NCBI RefSeq assembly: GCF_006345805.1
Contig: NC_043010.1
Coordinates: forward strand, 45,632,001 to 45,696,000
Source: Octopus sinensis
Lineage: Eukaryota
Reading direction: 5' to 3'
Length of the DNA stretch: 64,000 nt
Shown here one piece after another: positions 11,591 through 24,927 of this stretch (position 1 is the first letter of the stretch; the number at the start of each line of letters is the position of its first letter). The position numbers were made by a program, and so were the translations under genes. The notes under the pieces are model-generated. The model was not told the DNA's origin. It saw only the letters and a list, made by a program, of their open reading frames with translations, and ran no database searches.

Positions 11591-14500
11591 ATATAACAAA
11601 ACAAAAATAGAAAGAAAATTAATGAAATGTGCATGAAATTTTTTTAATTAGTTTTAGGGTGTGCTTTCAATAATTATATAGCAATTAACATTCTTGTGTA
11701 TGTTCCGAAAGCTTACACAGTATATAGGATAATTGTTGAGTGTACTAATTTGTTGGTTGTCAGTATTGCTGTTTAGTCTCAGTCAGTTCTACTTGCGAGT
11801 GTTTGAGAAAGTAGTAGATGGTCAAAGGAAACATTTTGGTGGCATTTTTTGCCATCTCATCTTTGTAGTTATTTCTACCATCACATTATTGTAGATATTT
11901 TGTTGAGCAATTTATTTCATAAAACATGTGATTTTGCTATTTCTTGTACATTAAGCAATCATGTTGTGACTGTCTCATTGGCTTGACCTCGTTATTAAAG
12001 TGAACAATTATAGTAATCAACAATACACCGTAAGAACAAAAACACAGTGTACTGAATATTTTAAAGTAAACTTAAACTGTTGTTTATGATCTTTGTGAAC
12101 TTAGTTTAACCAACATCATCATCATCGTCTAACATCCATCTTCTATACATGCATGGGTTGGACTATATTTATGAATAGTGCAGAAATGAATAAAAAATAA
12201 AACAATGTGAAATTGTTTTAGGAACAATTCTGATCAACATAATTGTGCTCTCCAACACACACACCTGTTTTTCCATTGGTTAGAAGCTCCTAGTTTTCTT
12301 TATACCCAAACAAAACATTACAAAAGCGATTTAAAAAATAAAGATTTCAGTATATGAATGGTATTGTTTTGCCTCTCAAAGCCAAAGAAGTTACTTTTCT
12401 GGTTTTAAGTAGGTAAAATAAAAAAATTACTTCGCAATAGAATACATAATTTCTGTTGATTCTTAATTCTCAGACAATTCTCTTTGTTAATGAGAATATT
12501 CAATGGAAAAGTTTATAGCCCCTAAATTTTGCTTTCTTACTGAAAACATGTGTATTTATAAACTTTTTGAAACTAAAGGACCTCATTCTAACATGATATT
12601 TTACATTGACATGAAGGCTTAAAGTTTTGGAATTGATAAAGTAAATTAATGCAAACTACAATCCCTAGTGAACAGAGACTGTAATGAGCAGGCTGTACAA
12701 TAATGGGAAAAAAATGTTTTTAAAGATATAAAAAAGAAACCCTTTTCTTCAATTGTTAATGTAACAGCTCATAGATGTCTTTATACCCACACTAGTCATA
12801 AAAAAGAAAATTTAAAAAGATATTTGTAATTTCTTTGTGTATAGGTGTGTTTTTACTTTCAAACCCAAAGAAGTTGTTTATGGTAATTAGTTTTTCTTAG
12901 GTAAAAATACAATAAATAGATAAATAAATTTGCAATAGAATATGTGGATCTTTGTATTCAAGTGAATTTCTAATTCCAAGAGCAGTGCAGCTGATATTAA
13001 TTGGAAAATAAACTCATGATGACATATAACAGCTCAGTTGTGACAGACTGATATGTATATATTATATATTAAATTACGAATTGCTTGTTTAGCATTATCC
13101 AAACTACTAACATTGTAGATGCTAAAATATATAATTACTTTATGATTAAAGTAGCCTTACATTTTAATGTTGTAATTTTAGATAGGACATTGAACTTTAG
13201 TTGTTGAAAATATGAAGCAAAAGAGTAGCAGATACCAAACTGAAAAGAAGCTGATCAATAGATATGGTTAATGTTCTTATAGACACAGAAAATTGCATTA
13301 AGGTTTCATACCACAGACTGTGGTTATATAAAATAGATTGGAAAAAAAAATCAAGCCAAAAATATCTCAAATTCTGAATATCTTAGGAAAATTTCTGATA
13401 CTAATTCCAAGCAACAGGAGTTTATTATTGTTATTATTATTAAAATTATTATTATTTTATTTATTTATTTATTTATTTTTTGTTAGACATCCAAAGTACA
13501 ACTCTATAATGAAAATTAGTTTGGAAAATTGTTAAAAATCAACAAAATGCATGTCTAGTATGAGAATATCAAAAATAATCTGGAATTAAAAACTACAAGA
13601 GACAAGAAAACTGCGATCAAGTCAATTTCAGTGATAGCTTTGGGGTGGAGTAGAAGGAGTAGAATTTCAATGTATGTGCTAGAATCAGATTCCTTATATT
13701 TTTTTACCAAAATAAAAAAAAAAAAGTTGATGGATTTCAGCAGAAAGTTACTTTTGTAATATCACTATAGAATTTTCTTAATAGTAAAATCAAGGATTTA
13801 TCAGCGGTATTGGATGGTTTGTTCCTGCAGAATAGAAAACACAGAAATGGAAGGAAAAGAAAAGTTGTACTAGTATTCTAAGTTAGCTAATAGCTAAATA
13901 ATTCTAATATACAGAGTTCACTGTCTGTATTTATTAGTTTGTAAAAAGTTTTATTTATTTACTTTATTTTGTAATTGAAAAAGTAATTTATTTATATCAC
14001 ACAGTTGCTTTCTCAAATATTTATTTATTTTTATCTTGGCTGTGTTGCTATTAAGTTTTGCTTTTTAGCATCTGAGACTTCCTTTCTAAATAGTATATAA
14101 CTTATCCCACAAGTTGGCTTCTATCCAGTCAGAATTGTTATTTCTCGTTTAATGAATTAGCAATATTGTTTGTATAATATAAGCAGTGTAGTATATTGCT
14201 AAAAACATTTCAGCTCTTGTGTGGACAATTGAAAAAAATGTAGGATTGTTTTTGCTTTCCGATGTTAATTTGATATTCACAAAGATATAACACATGTATT
14301 AAAATAACTTAACCATTAATTTATAATTCACTCATATACTTGGATTAATTCTCAGTAAAGCATGGAAACAAAATGGGATGCCTCGCTGTGTTAGACAGAA
14401 GTCTGACTTTTGCACACTGCATAGTAAGCGTCTGAGGATGCAAAGGCAGTTTATCTAAAAGCAATCTAATTTCAGTGATAAAAAGGATGCAAAGAGAGTG

Positions 14501-15479
14501 TGGAGTAATTTTTAATGTACTTGCCTGGCTGATAATAGATATATGGTTTGAGTGGGCTTGTTTACATACATTATACCCGTGTAAAATCAAATTGTTGTTT
14601 ACAAAATTGTAATGTTTTAATATTGTTCAAATACATATAACTGAGGTTTATTACTATTTATTAGCATCCTTAATGTATTGTTCAAAAGAATTTTAAACAA
14701 TACCATAAAATAACTCTCTATGAGATACATTTTAGAACTGCCATTACCTTATCTTTAACACTTCTCTTATCTACTATCATACTCATCATCCAGTAACATC
14801 TCCCATCAATGTACTTTCTCTACTTTTAGCTCCCATTCACTATAGCCACCCCTACATACCACTGACATCCATGTTTGTTATTGTACCTCTGTCACAGACA
14901 TACACACATACACACACACACACACATGCACACACACACACACACTCTCTCTCTCTCTCACACATGCTTTCCTTCCCTGCACATTACCTGCATATTTTCT
15001 GATCTACCTACATGTTTATTATACTGCAGCTCTCCTCCCTCCCTTCCTGTACCTACTTCTTCCGGAACCACTTCTATTCTTTGCCAGCCCCACTCCCCCA
15101 ACACTGATATTCACCATTGACCTCACCTCCACCTTTGTTCCATTCACTACATTCGTTTGTACACTCATCTCTAACATCTGTCACTTTCCTCTCACACTCC
15201 AATGAGCATATCCACTGGACCCTCACCAATTCTTTGTCTATATTATCTCTTATACTCACCTTGTATCTTGAGAATACACTCTGATACTTCATCACCACCA
15301 TCATTTCCTTCTTTCCAGCTACTCCTACTCTTATATGATGTGGAGGTAGGGAGCCAACATCTCTTCTGTAGCCAGATTCCTGTGTCTATCCATAGATCAT
15401 GCTTTAACTTCTTAATACCTGTCATAAAGCTAACTCCTCTCTACTATACCCCCACTCAGTCAAGGGTCTTTTTATTGTT

Positions 15480-15675
15480 TTAGGTTACTTGGCAACCTCA
15501 CTTGTAGTCACAAAAAGACGCATCAAATACACTCTGTAAAGTGGTTGGCATAAGGAAGGGCATCAGGATGTAGAAACTGTGTCAAAATAAACATTGGAGC
15601 TCAATGCAGTCCTCTAGCTCATTGAATCCTATCAAACTATCCAACTTATACTAGTATGAAAGACGGACATTAAAT
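15480..15675 (+). mobile_element. Family C element, degenerate
   Basis: tacactctgtaaagtggttggcataaggaaggggcatc...tccaactt...gaaagacggacattaaa. Confidence 0.65.
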
Positions 15676-17440
15676 AGTCATATATATATATATACATATA
15701 TAGTCCACCCCATGCATGCATGGAAGATGGATGTTAAACAATGATGATTTTATATATATATATATATATATAATGGTAGTGATGATGATGATAATATACT
15801 AATGGGTGTAGATCATGCTACTATAAAGTTATCAAATATTTAAATCATATGCTAAAATTCAAGTTATACTTACTAATTGCTTGCATGTGCATTGAATGAA
15901 GATTGATTAAAATAAAATATTATATATGAAACATTGTTGCAACAAAAATAAATATAATGAGAATTGGAAAAGCATCAGGAAAATATATTCTTAATTAGTT
16001 TAATTAAAATCAAAAGACGCAATTAAATAGTAAATAAATGTGAGATATATGTCTTTGCATGCATGTGTGCATATCTTTATATATACATATATTGTGTGTG
16101 TGTGTGTGTGTGTGTATACATATATTCTTCCTTTGTCTGGTGAGAGTTAGACAAGTTTTGTATAATTTTAAATAATAACATCCTTGTTCATTATGTATCT
16201 TATGAAAATGAGTCTAATTTCTTCAGTATAGATGCATAATTGGTCTTGGGCTCCAAACTGTTAAATAATTCAAGTCAAAAGTTCTTTGTATGAGTTGATG
16301 ATATTTTCTTAATTAATATTTAATGTTTTGAATAATATTGAACTATTTTAATAATGTACTTCATGCAAGTAGTAGAGCTGGAGAAGACTATTGTACTAAA
16401 TTCATAACAGTATTTAATTTGTCTTTTTCCATTCCATATTCAGTTCCCTCTAGGGGTTAACTTGCTTTTTCATGCCTTCAAGATCAACTGGTACTGCCCT
16501 GTAATCAATCCAATCAACTAAACACTTTCATAACAGTTGGCCTTTCAACCCAGTTGAAAGAAAACAATATTTTTCTTTCTTAAATGGTTAATGAATTGTT
16601 AAGTATAGTAGCAACAGCTCACATTGCAGGTTCACAACAACATATAGTACTTTTTATTAATGTAATGGCTAATGCACATACTTCAATTGTTTAAATTTGC
16701 TCACTCATCTTTAGCAAACAAAATGAACCAAGATTTAGTAAAAAAAAAAGGTGGAGAGACATAATCTATAGGTCATGATTTATAGATCTCTTATTTAACT
16801 AATTGTTTTATGAACTCTCCCCCTTTACAATTTCTTTATTTTATTAGGAAGTACATTGTTAAATTACTGAAAATGTATTCTTTGGAAAAACCTGAAGCTA
16901 TTAATTTTTAATTACGACTGATGTCTTCAAATTTTTTTGAATCTATAATAATTATTGGACATCATATTAGAAGCTAGATTTTACTGGTAGCAGTATACAG
17001 TATTCTTAAAGTAGAATTATCTATAGTCTCCTATCCATTCAATACTTAGCTGATATACTGTTCCTCTTACTATAAATTGACATGTAAATATATCTCATGA
17101 GGTGATACTTTTACAAACTTCAACACTTCACAGACCAAGTCTATATTTTCAGTGTTTTCATTTTATTCTAAAATTTCATTTCTTTAAACAGGCAAAATAC
17201 ATTAAAATGTCTCATTTGTTACAAATGTGATGTTAATTTCAACACAGTCTTTCACTATTTGTTGTTGTCTGCTTGCATTATAGAATTAGTAAGTTTGAAA
17301 ATTTGGACATGAATCTTTCTATTGTTCTCTGCATTATATTATTATTCTAACAGAATTATGGCTATACAAATGTCATCAAAAGTTACATTTTACAATAATT
17401 CTACAAATATGCGCAGGCGTTTTACAATAATTCTACTTGT

Positions 17441-17826
17441 AGATGCACATGTGGCTGTGTAGTGAGAATCTTGCTTTCCAACCACATAATTCCAGGTTCA
17501 GTCCCACTGCATGGCACCTTGGGCAAATTTCTACTATAACTTCGGGCTGACTGAAGCCTTGTGAGTGGATTTGGTAGATAGAAACTGAAGGAAGCCTGTC
17601 ATATATGTGTATGCGTGTGTCTTTGCGTATATGTTTGTCCCCTATCACTACTTGACAACTTAGTGGTTCGGCAACAGAAATCAATAGAGTAAGTACCAGG
17701 CTTAAAAGAAAAAAATTAATACTGGGGTCAATTCATTTGACTAAGAATTCTTCAAAGCAGTGCCCCAGTATGGCTGCATTTTAATGACTGAAACAATTAA
17801 AAGATGAAGGAAAAAGGTAAAAGATA
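17441..17826 (+). mobile_element. SINE family A
   Basis: gtggctgtgtagtgag...ccaggttcagtcccactgcatggcaccttgggcaa...atgactgaaacaattaaaag. Confidence 0.85.
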
Positions 17827-18509
17827 CTGCACTTGGAAACCATCTGATAGTATGATTGATTTCCTGTTCCAGCTAATACATTTTATCTTTCATTTGATGG
17901 TGCCTAGTATTTATTTAATACTTAATTTGTAAATTCATCATTGTTCTAGGGTTATAAATGTGGAATTTTTATCATAATATATTAAAAATAATTTTATAAT
18001 CTCGCATTTCATTGAAAATCTTTTTCCTTTATCATTTTGTCATTTCCTCCAACAAACTGTCATCTATGACACACATTATCTAACATTTGGTAAGTAGGGA
18101 ATTAAAACAGATATATCAATAGCACAATGTTTGATTTATTTATTTTTATCATTCAAATCCGACATTTTCATTGTGTTTTTAATAGTTATCTAGAAGTACA
18201 GAGGTTTTTGTAATTAAATATTTATTTGCCTCTGTCAGGATTTAAATGAATATATATGTCTCATATTTGGTGGTTTTTAATGATCAAATTAGTAAAGAGA
18301 CTAGCTTTATTTCTGAATTCTACTTCTAACACTATGATGACTGTTATTTTGCAGACACTCTACAGATGATAATTTCAGATTAGCAGCTTTCAGTCTGTGT
18401 GCTTCTATATTTCAAGTCATCTAAAGTCACAGAATAATTGTGCTAAATTTCTGCAATAAGTAGTAATTTATTTCTCTAGAGCCAATTGCTTTAGTAATTC
18501 TGTCAGTCT

Positions 18510-18567
18510 GAATTGGTAGAATGGCAAAAGAATGGTAGAATGGCAAAAGAATGGTAGAATGGCAAAA
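18510..18567. repeat. 19-bp tandem repeat x3 (gaatggtagaatggcaaaa)
   Basis: Read directly from the sequence. Confidence 0.9.
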
Positions 18568-19667
18568 CCTAGTGATATTTGTGTACTTTCATGATTCAAG
18601 TTCATATCCATATTAGAGTCAATACAATCAGTATTTCCTTCCCCATCAAAATTTCTAACCTTGTGCTGATGTAAGAAATTAATATTTCTGTCTGATATTT
18701 GATGTTATTCACTTTTAAATAATAAATGAGGAACTTCATGGGATCTGAATCCTGACACAGACATATAAATATTTTTATGACAATCAACAACATAATTATT
18801 GTTTAGCCCTAGTTCAACCCTTGTCAAGCAGTCACTTAGAAGCTCCTTCATTGCCTCAGTTTGACATATTTCTGCCTACCAAATTTCATTCACAAAACTT
18901 TGGTTGACCTGAAGCTGTGCCACACAGCTGGATCAAACCTCAAACCCTCATGGGTGCAAAGTGAACTTCTAATCCTTAGTCATATCTGATCCTCAACAAC
19001 TTAAGTATTTTGATTGATATTTAAGTTAAGTACCTATTTGGTTAAGTACCTATATGAAGCTAACTTTGATCAAGTCTGTTTAGACTGTCTAAATTACTGT
19101 GAATTTCAGTCACCACCTGGAACTAATATTAGTGAAAACATTTACAAATACAAATAAATATGCTAGTAATTGAGAAGATATATTATTGACTGCATTCTGG
19201 TCATGATTATCCTATCTTTTACAGCTATCTAGAATTAATTATATTGCTCGTTTTTGTCTATCAAAGGATTACATTGATCTTTTATTTTATCATGACACTG
19301 GCTTTTCAAAGGAATTTAGCTGCTATTTCTGGCAAGTCACACAAACATATCTAGATTCCTTCAGTGATCCATGCAAATTATATAATTGAGGTCAATCTCC
19401 CAGAAGTAATTCTGAACATCAAGGTGTACTGCAGTCCTTTATTGCTTATAATAGTCAAGTGAATATACACGGAAGTCCCATGAATCTTTACTGAGGTAGT
19501 TATGTATCTAATTTCATGGATTCTAGAACAGCTAAAGATGACTTCTGTTGTAGCTTTTGATCTACAAATGATAAAATTTAATGAAACTTAAATCAAATTT
19601 AGTTCAAGTCACAACTGGAGAACCAAAGTTACTGTTATCTAATTATTTCAGCATTACTCCAACTCAC

Positions 19668-19759
19668 AACAAATTCAGTACTCAGTTTCCAAATAGGCAG
19701 ACTAGAGTTAATAAAAAATTTTGCTTCTGGCTTCAACAGTTCTTCATCATTGATGGAAT
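19668..19759 (-). CDS. Candidate minus-strand 92-nt exon SINDEELLKPEAKFFINSSLPIWKLSTEFV, phase 1-0
   Basis: Minus-strand acceptor atcctatgctcag and donor GTT|gtgagt; open frame; no homology recognised. Confidence 0.2.
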
Positions 19760-19921
19760 CTGAGCATAGGATATATCAGTTGGGAAACTTATTCATTAAC
19801 CTATTTAATCATTTTCATTTTACATGTTAATAACAAGCAACAGACAGTAGCATTTGACAGGAATAATAATAATAGTAATAATAATAATATATATGTGTGT
19901 TTATATAATATATATACATAG

Positions 19922-19965
<44 letters not shown>

Positions 19966-20104
19966 AAAAATCAATATTCTAAACTGCTACAAAACTGGCC
20001 TTCAAAAAGAGTTAATAAAAAAGATTTTATGCAGAGAAAGCTTACTAATGGAATACATCCTATATTGCCTTTTCTCTCGTTTTCTGATAGGATTTGTATG
20101 GAGT

Positions 20105-20310
20105 ACAAGCATGGCTATGTTTGCTTTGCAGTCATGTAGTTCCAAGTTCAGTCCCACTGCTCAGCATTTCTAAGTAGTGTCTTCTACCATAAGTTCTAGT
20201 TGACAAAGCCTTGCGAAAGGAAGGAAATAGTGAAACTCATTGTGTGTGTGTGTCTCATTTGCCAATTCATATTGATGTCAGATGTAATGATTGGCAAAAA
20301 GCTTGAAAAA
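20105..20310 (+). mobile_element. SINE family A, degenerate 5' part
   Basis: gcatggctatgt...aagttcagtcccactgc...acaaagccttg. Confidence 0.6.
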
Positions 20311-20419
20311 TAGTACTTTATGAGTGAAGCTCCTTGTTTTGAGTTTGACTCTCATAATCATCACCAGAAGTAAAGCAGTGATTGATCAGTTGGAAACCTG
20401 TAGCTTCAAACTATGATAT

Positions 20420-20600
20420 AAAATGAGTAACTTGGCTGAAATGATAGTACATTAGACTAAAGGTTTTAGAGTATTTTGTTTTAACCTTTTGTATCTTGAG
20501 TTCAAATGTCATTGACTTTCTCTCTGATTTCATGCCTTTTAGGGCAATAAAATAAATACCAGTATTATACCAGGTTTGATTCACTGAACTATAACTGAAC
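20420..20600 (+). mobile_element. SINE family B, degenerate
   Basis: ttgagttcaaat...ttcatgccttttagggcaataaaataaataccag. Confidence 0.5.
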
Positions 20601-21373
20601 ACTTACAAACTGACCTACTTAGTCTAAAGTCAATATAGAAGAATTTTTGCTGATAATTCATCATCATCATAATTTAAATTAGATGAGATAAATAAACTAC
20701 AGGAAAGATTAAATCTGTGGCATTTTATGATAATATATCATTGTAATTATATATGATTTGTAGAATAAGAGAAGCTTTTTGACTTGAATTGTGAGTTGAG
20801 AAAAAAGGTTTATGACAGTGATTCCCAATGTAGAACATAAACCCCACTGGTGGGGCATGGGATCCCATTTTTTGTTTGTTTGTTTTTGTAATTGGATATT
20901 GAATTGTGAAAATCTTTTTTTCACAGCAAACATATTACACCCATACTTTTTCTCAACCACTGGTGAGACATACATTTTTCTGGAAAGTTATAGTGGGGCC
21001 TGGGGGAAAATAGGTTAGGAAACACTGGACAACTGTGTTGATTGGGTGGAGACTCTAATCTCTTTAGAATCTTTACAGGAACTTTCAGTTATTGTTTCAC
21101 ATTTTGGTAAAGGAATGAGAAACTTAGTTTTTGCCTTAGTAAGCAAAAACATTATGAAAGACTAGACGTGGGTATTGAAGATTCCAAGAACTTTAATATT
21201 GTGTAAAGTGAAAGACAGTAAAACAATTATAAATATTGCTCACACATACACATGTGAATGAAGTCAAATTTGTGCTTATACTCAAGTGCATATATACATA
21301 CTTGCTACTCTGAGTTTCACCTGTAGATGCATAAGATCTTCAGGCAAGACTCTTTATTATTAGTAATCTCTAC

Positions 21374-21560
21374 TAAAGGCAGGGAGCTGGCAGAATCGTT
21401 AGCATGCCAGACAAAATGCTTAGCAATACTTCGCCCCTTACTACATTCTGAGTTTAAATTCTGCCAAGGTCAAGTTTGCCTTTCATCTTTTCAGGGTTGA
21501 TAAATTAAATAACAGTGAAACACTAAAATTCCAGGCCTTGTGCCTTTAGTAGAAAGTATT
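21374..21560 (+). mobile_element. SINE family B (tail type aaattccaggccttgtgcct)
   Basis: aaggcagggagctggcagaatcgttagc head, B box gagtttaaattc, core tttgcctttcatcttttcagggttgataaatt. Confidence 0.85.
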
Positions 21561-24186
21561 ATTAATCTCGACTATGATATTGAGTACTCTTTTTTTTTTT
21601 CCTCACAGTTAACACTAAACATACAATATTACGCACATGCATAATATTATGTGACTGTGTGTGATAAAAAAAAACATAAAAATGCGAGACAAAATGAAAA
21701 TGTCATTTGTAAAGAAATGTCAGTAGATAAGGTTAACTGCATATGTAATGAAAGGAAGAGGTAGCAAAGAATATCACTTGTGATACTTCATTAATTAGCA
21801 ATTTTGAATAGGACAAAGACAACTTGTCATTTCACAAGTTTAATTTAGGAACCAAATATAGATTCAGTAGACAAACTGTTAATTATGAAAATGAAATATT
21901 AGGAAACAATAAGTTTTTTTTGATATTGTGTTAGCATTGAGGTTTGTCATAAAGCCAGCTGAATTTTTAGTCAGCCAGATTCTATTCAGTTTTGAAAGTA
22001 GGTGTAAATGCTCGGTGGGGGGGGGGGGGGTTGCCTTATTGTCTTTATTTCAATATTGAAGTGGATAAGGAAGTTCCCTTTAGTGTGTCTACTCCACTGT
22101 ACTGATTTAGACAATAGCAGGTGATGAGTTAATAAGATGTTGGCAGCTCACTTTAATAGTCTTTACTTTCAATCCTGTTACTGGAATTGCTAAGTGTCCC
22201 TTGAAACAGTGGTTACAATGTAATCAACCTAGCTGTAATTAAGTACAGGAGGCATGTCTTAAGTTCACTCCTATGAACAGTCAGAGCACTCTGAAGCTGA
22301 TACATATTTAGTTGGCTTGTATGTGGAAATCAAGTAGTCATTGTCATCACCAGTCATTGCTGCTATCATTGTCATGGCAGTAGTGGGAGTTGATAGTAGT
22401 GATGCTGGTGGTATGAAACACAATATACTGTTTTGTGAAAGTATGATACTAAATAATTCCCAGGTAACAACAGAAGAAGAATTTTCTGTGGAAAACTGAC
22501 AGAAAATGAACAGCTAATCAATGGTTGGAAATTGAATTTGAATGTTCTGAAGAACTTACTGTCTCCTTTGAAATCTTTTCTAATGTTATTTTATGATTAC
22601 ACTGAAGACTTTAATATCATACTCTCAGTTGTGATTATGGAGCAACTGGTGTCTCATACAACTGTAATTAAATATATGCATCTGAAATAAACTTTCTTGG
22701 ATGATTCAGAATCTAAGCCTATATATCTTTAATTATTTGCTGGGTTTAAACATTAACTCTTACTATTTTCCTGTGTGTATGTAGTATTGCAAATTTGAAA
22801 TGACCTTTTAAATCAGAGAAATCCTTTTAAAAAGTTATTACCATACAACAAAGTTGCTTGCACATTGTGATGTAGATGGTTTAAAAACAGTAATTGCTTA
22901 CATACATACATTGTTACTTTGGACAATGTTATGAGATTGCCCTATTGATATACATCAGCTACATGATTTAGGTTGAATTGCTTTTGTAAATCCACACATT
23001 TCACATTATTTGCTCTGTAGTTGGTGAGTCTAGCCTATTTGAACTTTTTTCTGCACAGTATTAATATAAAATTTCAAAAGAATATAAGAATATAATCATG
23101 CATATATGTTTATGTATCTACTACTAATACTACTAATACAACTACTGCTGCATAAATCTTGTTGGTTTTAAAATACAATGTCTCTGCCTCGCTCAGTAAT
23201 ATGTTTATTTATTGTAAATATAATGCCAAGTCTGCAGTTCAAACATTATAGAATTGTTTGAAAAGATACCAATAAAATTATCAATAAAGTCAGATATATA
23301 TATGCACATACTTTCATACACACACATTAATGGAATTTCATTTTCACTTTTATGCTTCTAAGTTGTTGGACTTGCTTTTTATTGGTAGCTATTTTCAAAT
23401 TTAGTAAGACATTTTTAATGGAAATATTTTTCTGTTTCTCTGGGAAAAAAAAGGATATTACACACACACACACACACACACACATGCACATGCACATATA
23501 TATACATCCCATCTTTGTACCTTGAAAGTATATCCTGGTACATCACCATCTCACTTGCTCTCTCTCGCTTTCTCTCTCCCTCACTCACACACTCTCCTTC
23601 TCTTGCTCTTTCCCTCTGACTAGGGTAACCCTGTATCTCTACAGCAAGATACCTGTTTCTGCCTCTTTGTTTCAATTAATTTTGAAAATAATGAAGAATT
23701 TAGTAAATTATTTATAAGCTGGTGTTCAGAAGATGAATCAGAATGAAATCTTGATGGAAGTTTTTAATTTTGATCATTTAAAAAAAAAGGAAGATTGTGT
23801 CATAGAACCAGAGGCTTCCTTAAGTCAGTCTCTATCCCAATTCTTCTTCCTCAAAATTCAACTATGTAGAAGCTCTTCCATGCTCATACTTCCACTCTAA
23901 ATATTAACCTGTTTGAACTGAATATCACTTGCAATGACTTTACTGATTGATAAGTTTCTTTATGTGCACACACTCCCATCCATACAGCCCCCCCCCCCCA
24001 CACACACACACACACATGAAAGCTGTACTGAACTAATCAGAAAATAAGAGAAATGGAGGCTGAAATGCTCTGCCAAAACTTTGTCCAACATATCTAAAAG
24101 AATTTTTTGTGAGACAGACAAATTATATCTAATTCTCATTATCAAATTTCTGTTTATTCCTTTCTCATCAGTCATCAAAGCAGATG

Positions 24187-24233
<47 letters not shown>

Positions 24234-24284
24234 CTATTAAATGTTATTCTTTAAAAAGGAAATTACATTAATTTCTCATTAGTT

Positions 24285-24345
<61 letters not shown>

Positions 24346-24867
24346 AATACCTTCTTTTGGCTCTGTATGATATGGCATATCAAGTAGAGTGAGCATTAAA
24401 ATCAAATTGGTTTGTCTTAGTAAACATCAGATGAGTATGAATCAAAGTCCTCCATCTAAATAGGCTCTAAATGCCAACATGCTTTTAATGCCATCTCTGG
24501 TCAGAATTGTGCATAATAGTGTTATTAAGGGCAGTAAGCTGAATTGACCAGTTTAAGTTGCTAAACTTTTATAGGGGATATGTTAGTGTCTGTTGAACTG
24601 GTTTATTCTTTTATCATTGTTACAAAGAAACCTTTATCCTGAATGCATTTTGTATATAAAATCTAGTGATGATAGACAGAGAATTGTTATCTGACCTGTT
24701 GCCAACAATGTATTGCTAAGGCATATAAGAAGACCAGTGTGCAATTCTTGTATCACTGCACAATGCTTTGATATAACATAGAAACATCCAGCATAATTTT
24801 CTGAGGACTGCTGTATCTGCATGCTACAAAATTGTTTATTCCTTGGCATTTTCTATTGTTCTGCTAG

Positions 24868-24927
24868 TTTCACTAATGGAAACACAAAGCATTATTTCAA
24901 AGTTTTTACGTGGCAGTGAAATGGTTT
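24868..24927 (+). CDS. Candidate 60-nt exon SLMETQSIISKFLRGSEMV, phase 1-1
   Basis: Acceptor ttttctattgttctgctag and donor T|gtgagt; only one of three frames is open. Confidence 0.35.

Noticed and set aside
14345-14590. 81-aa minus ORF and candidate plus exon at about 14352-14426
   Set aside because: Two plus frames and one minus frame are all open, the donor is only gtaagc, and there is no homology; ambiguous.
15074-15425. Purine-rich minus ORFs, possibly an RTE endonuclease remnant (RIGEGPVDMLIG)
   Set aside because: Similarity is too weak to assign by eye.
18010-18094. Exon ending at G|gtaagt (QTVIYDTHYLTF)
   Set aside because: No AG acceptor within the open frame, and no convincing U12 branch site.
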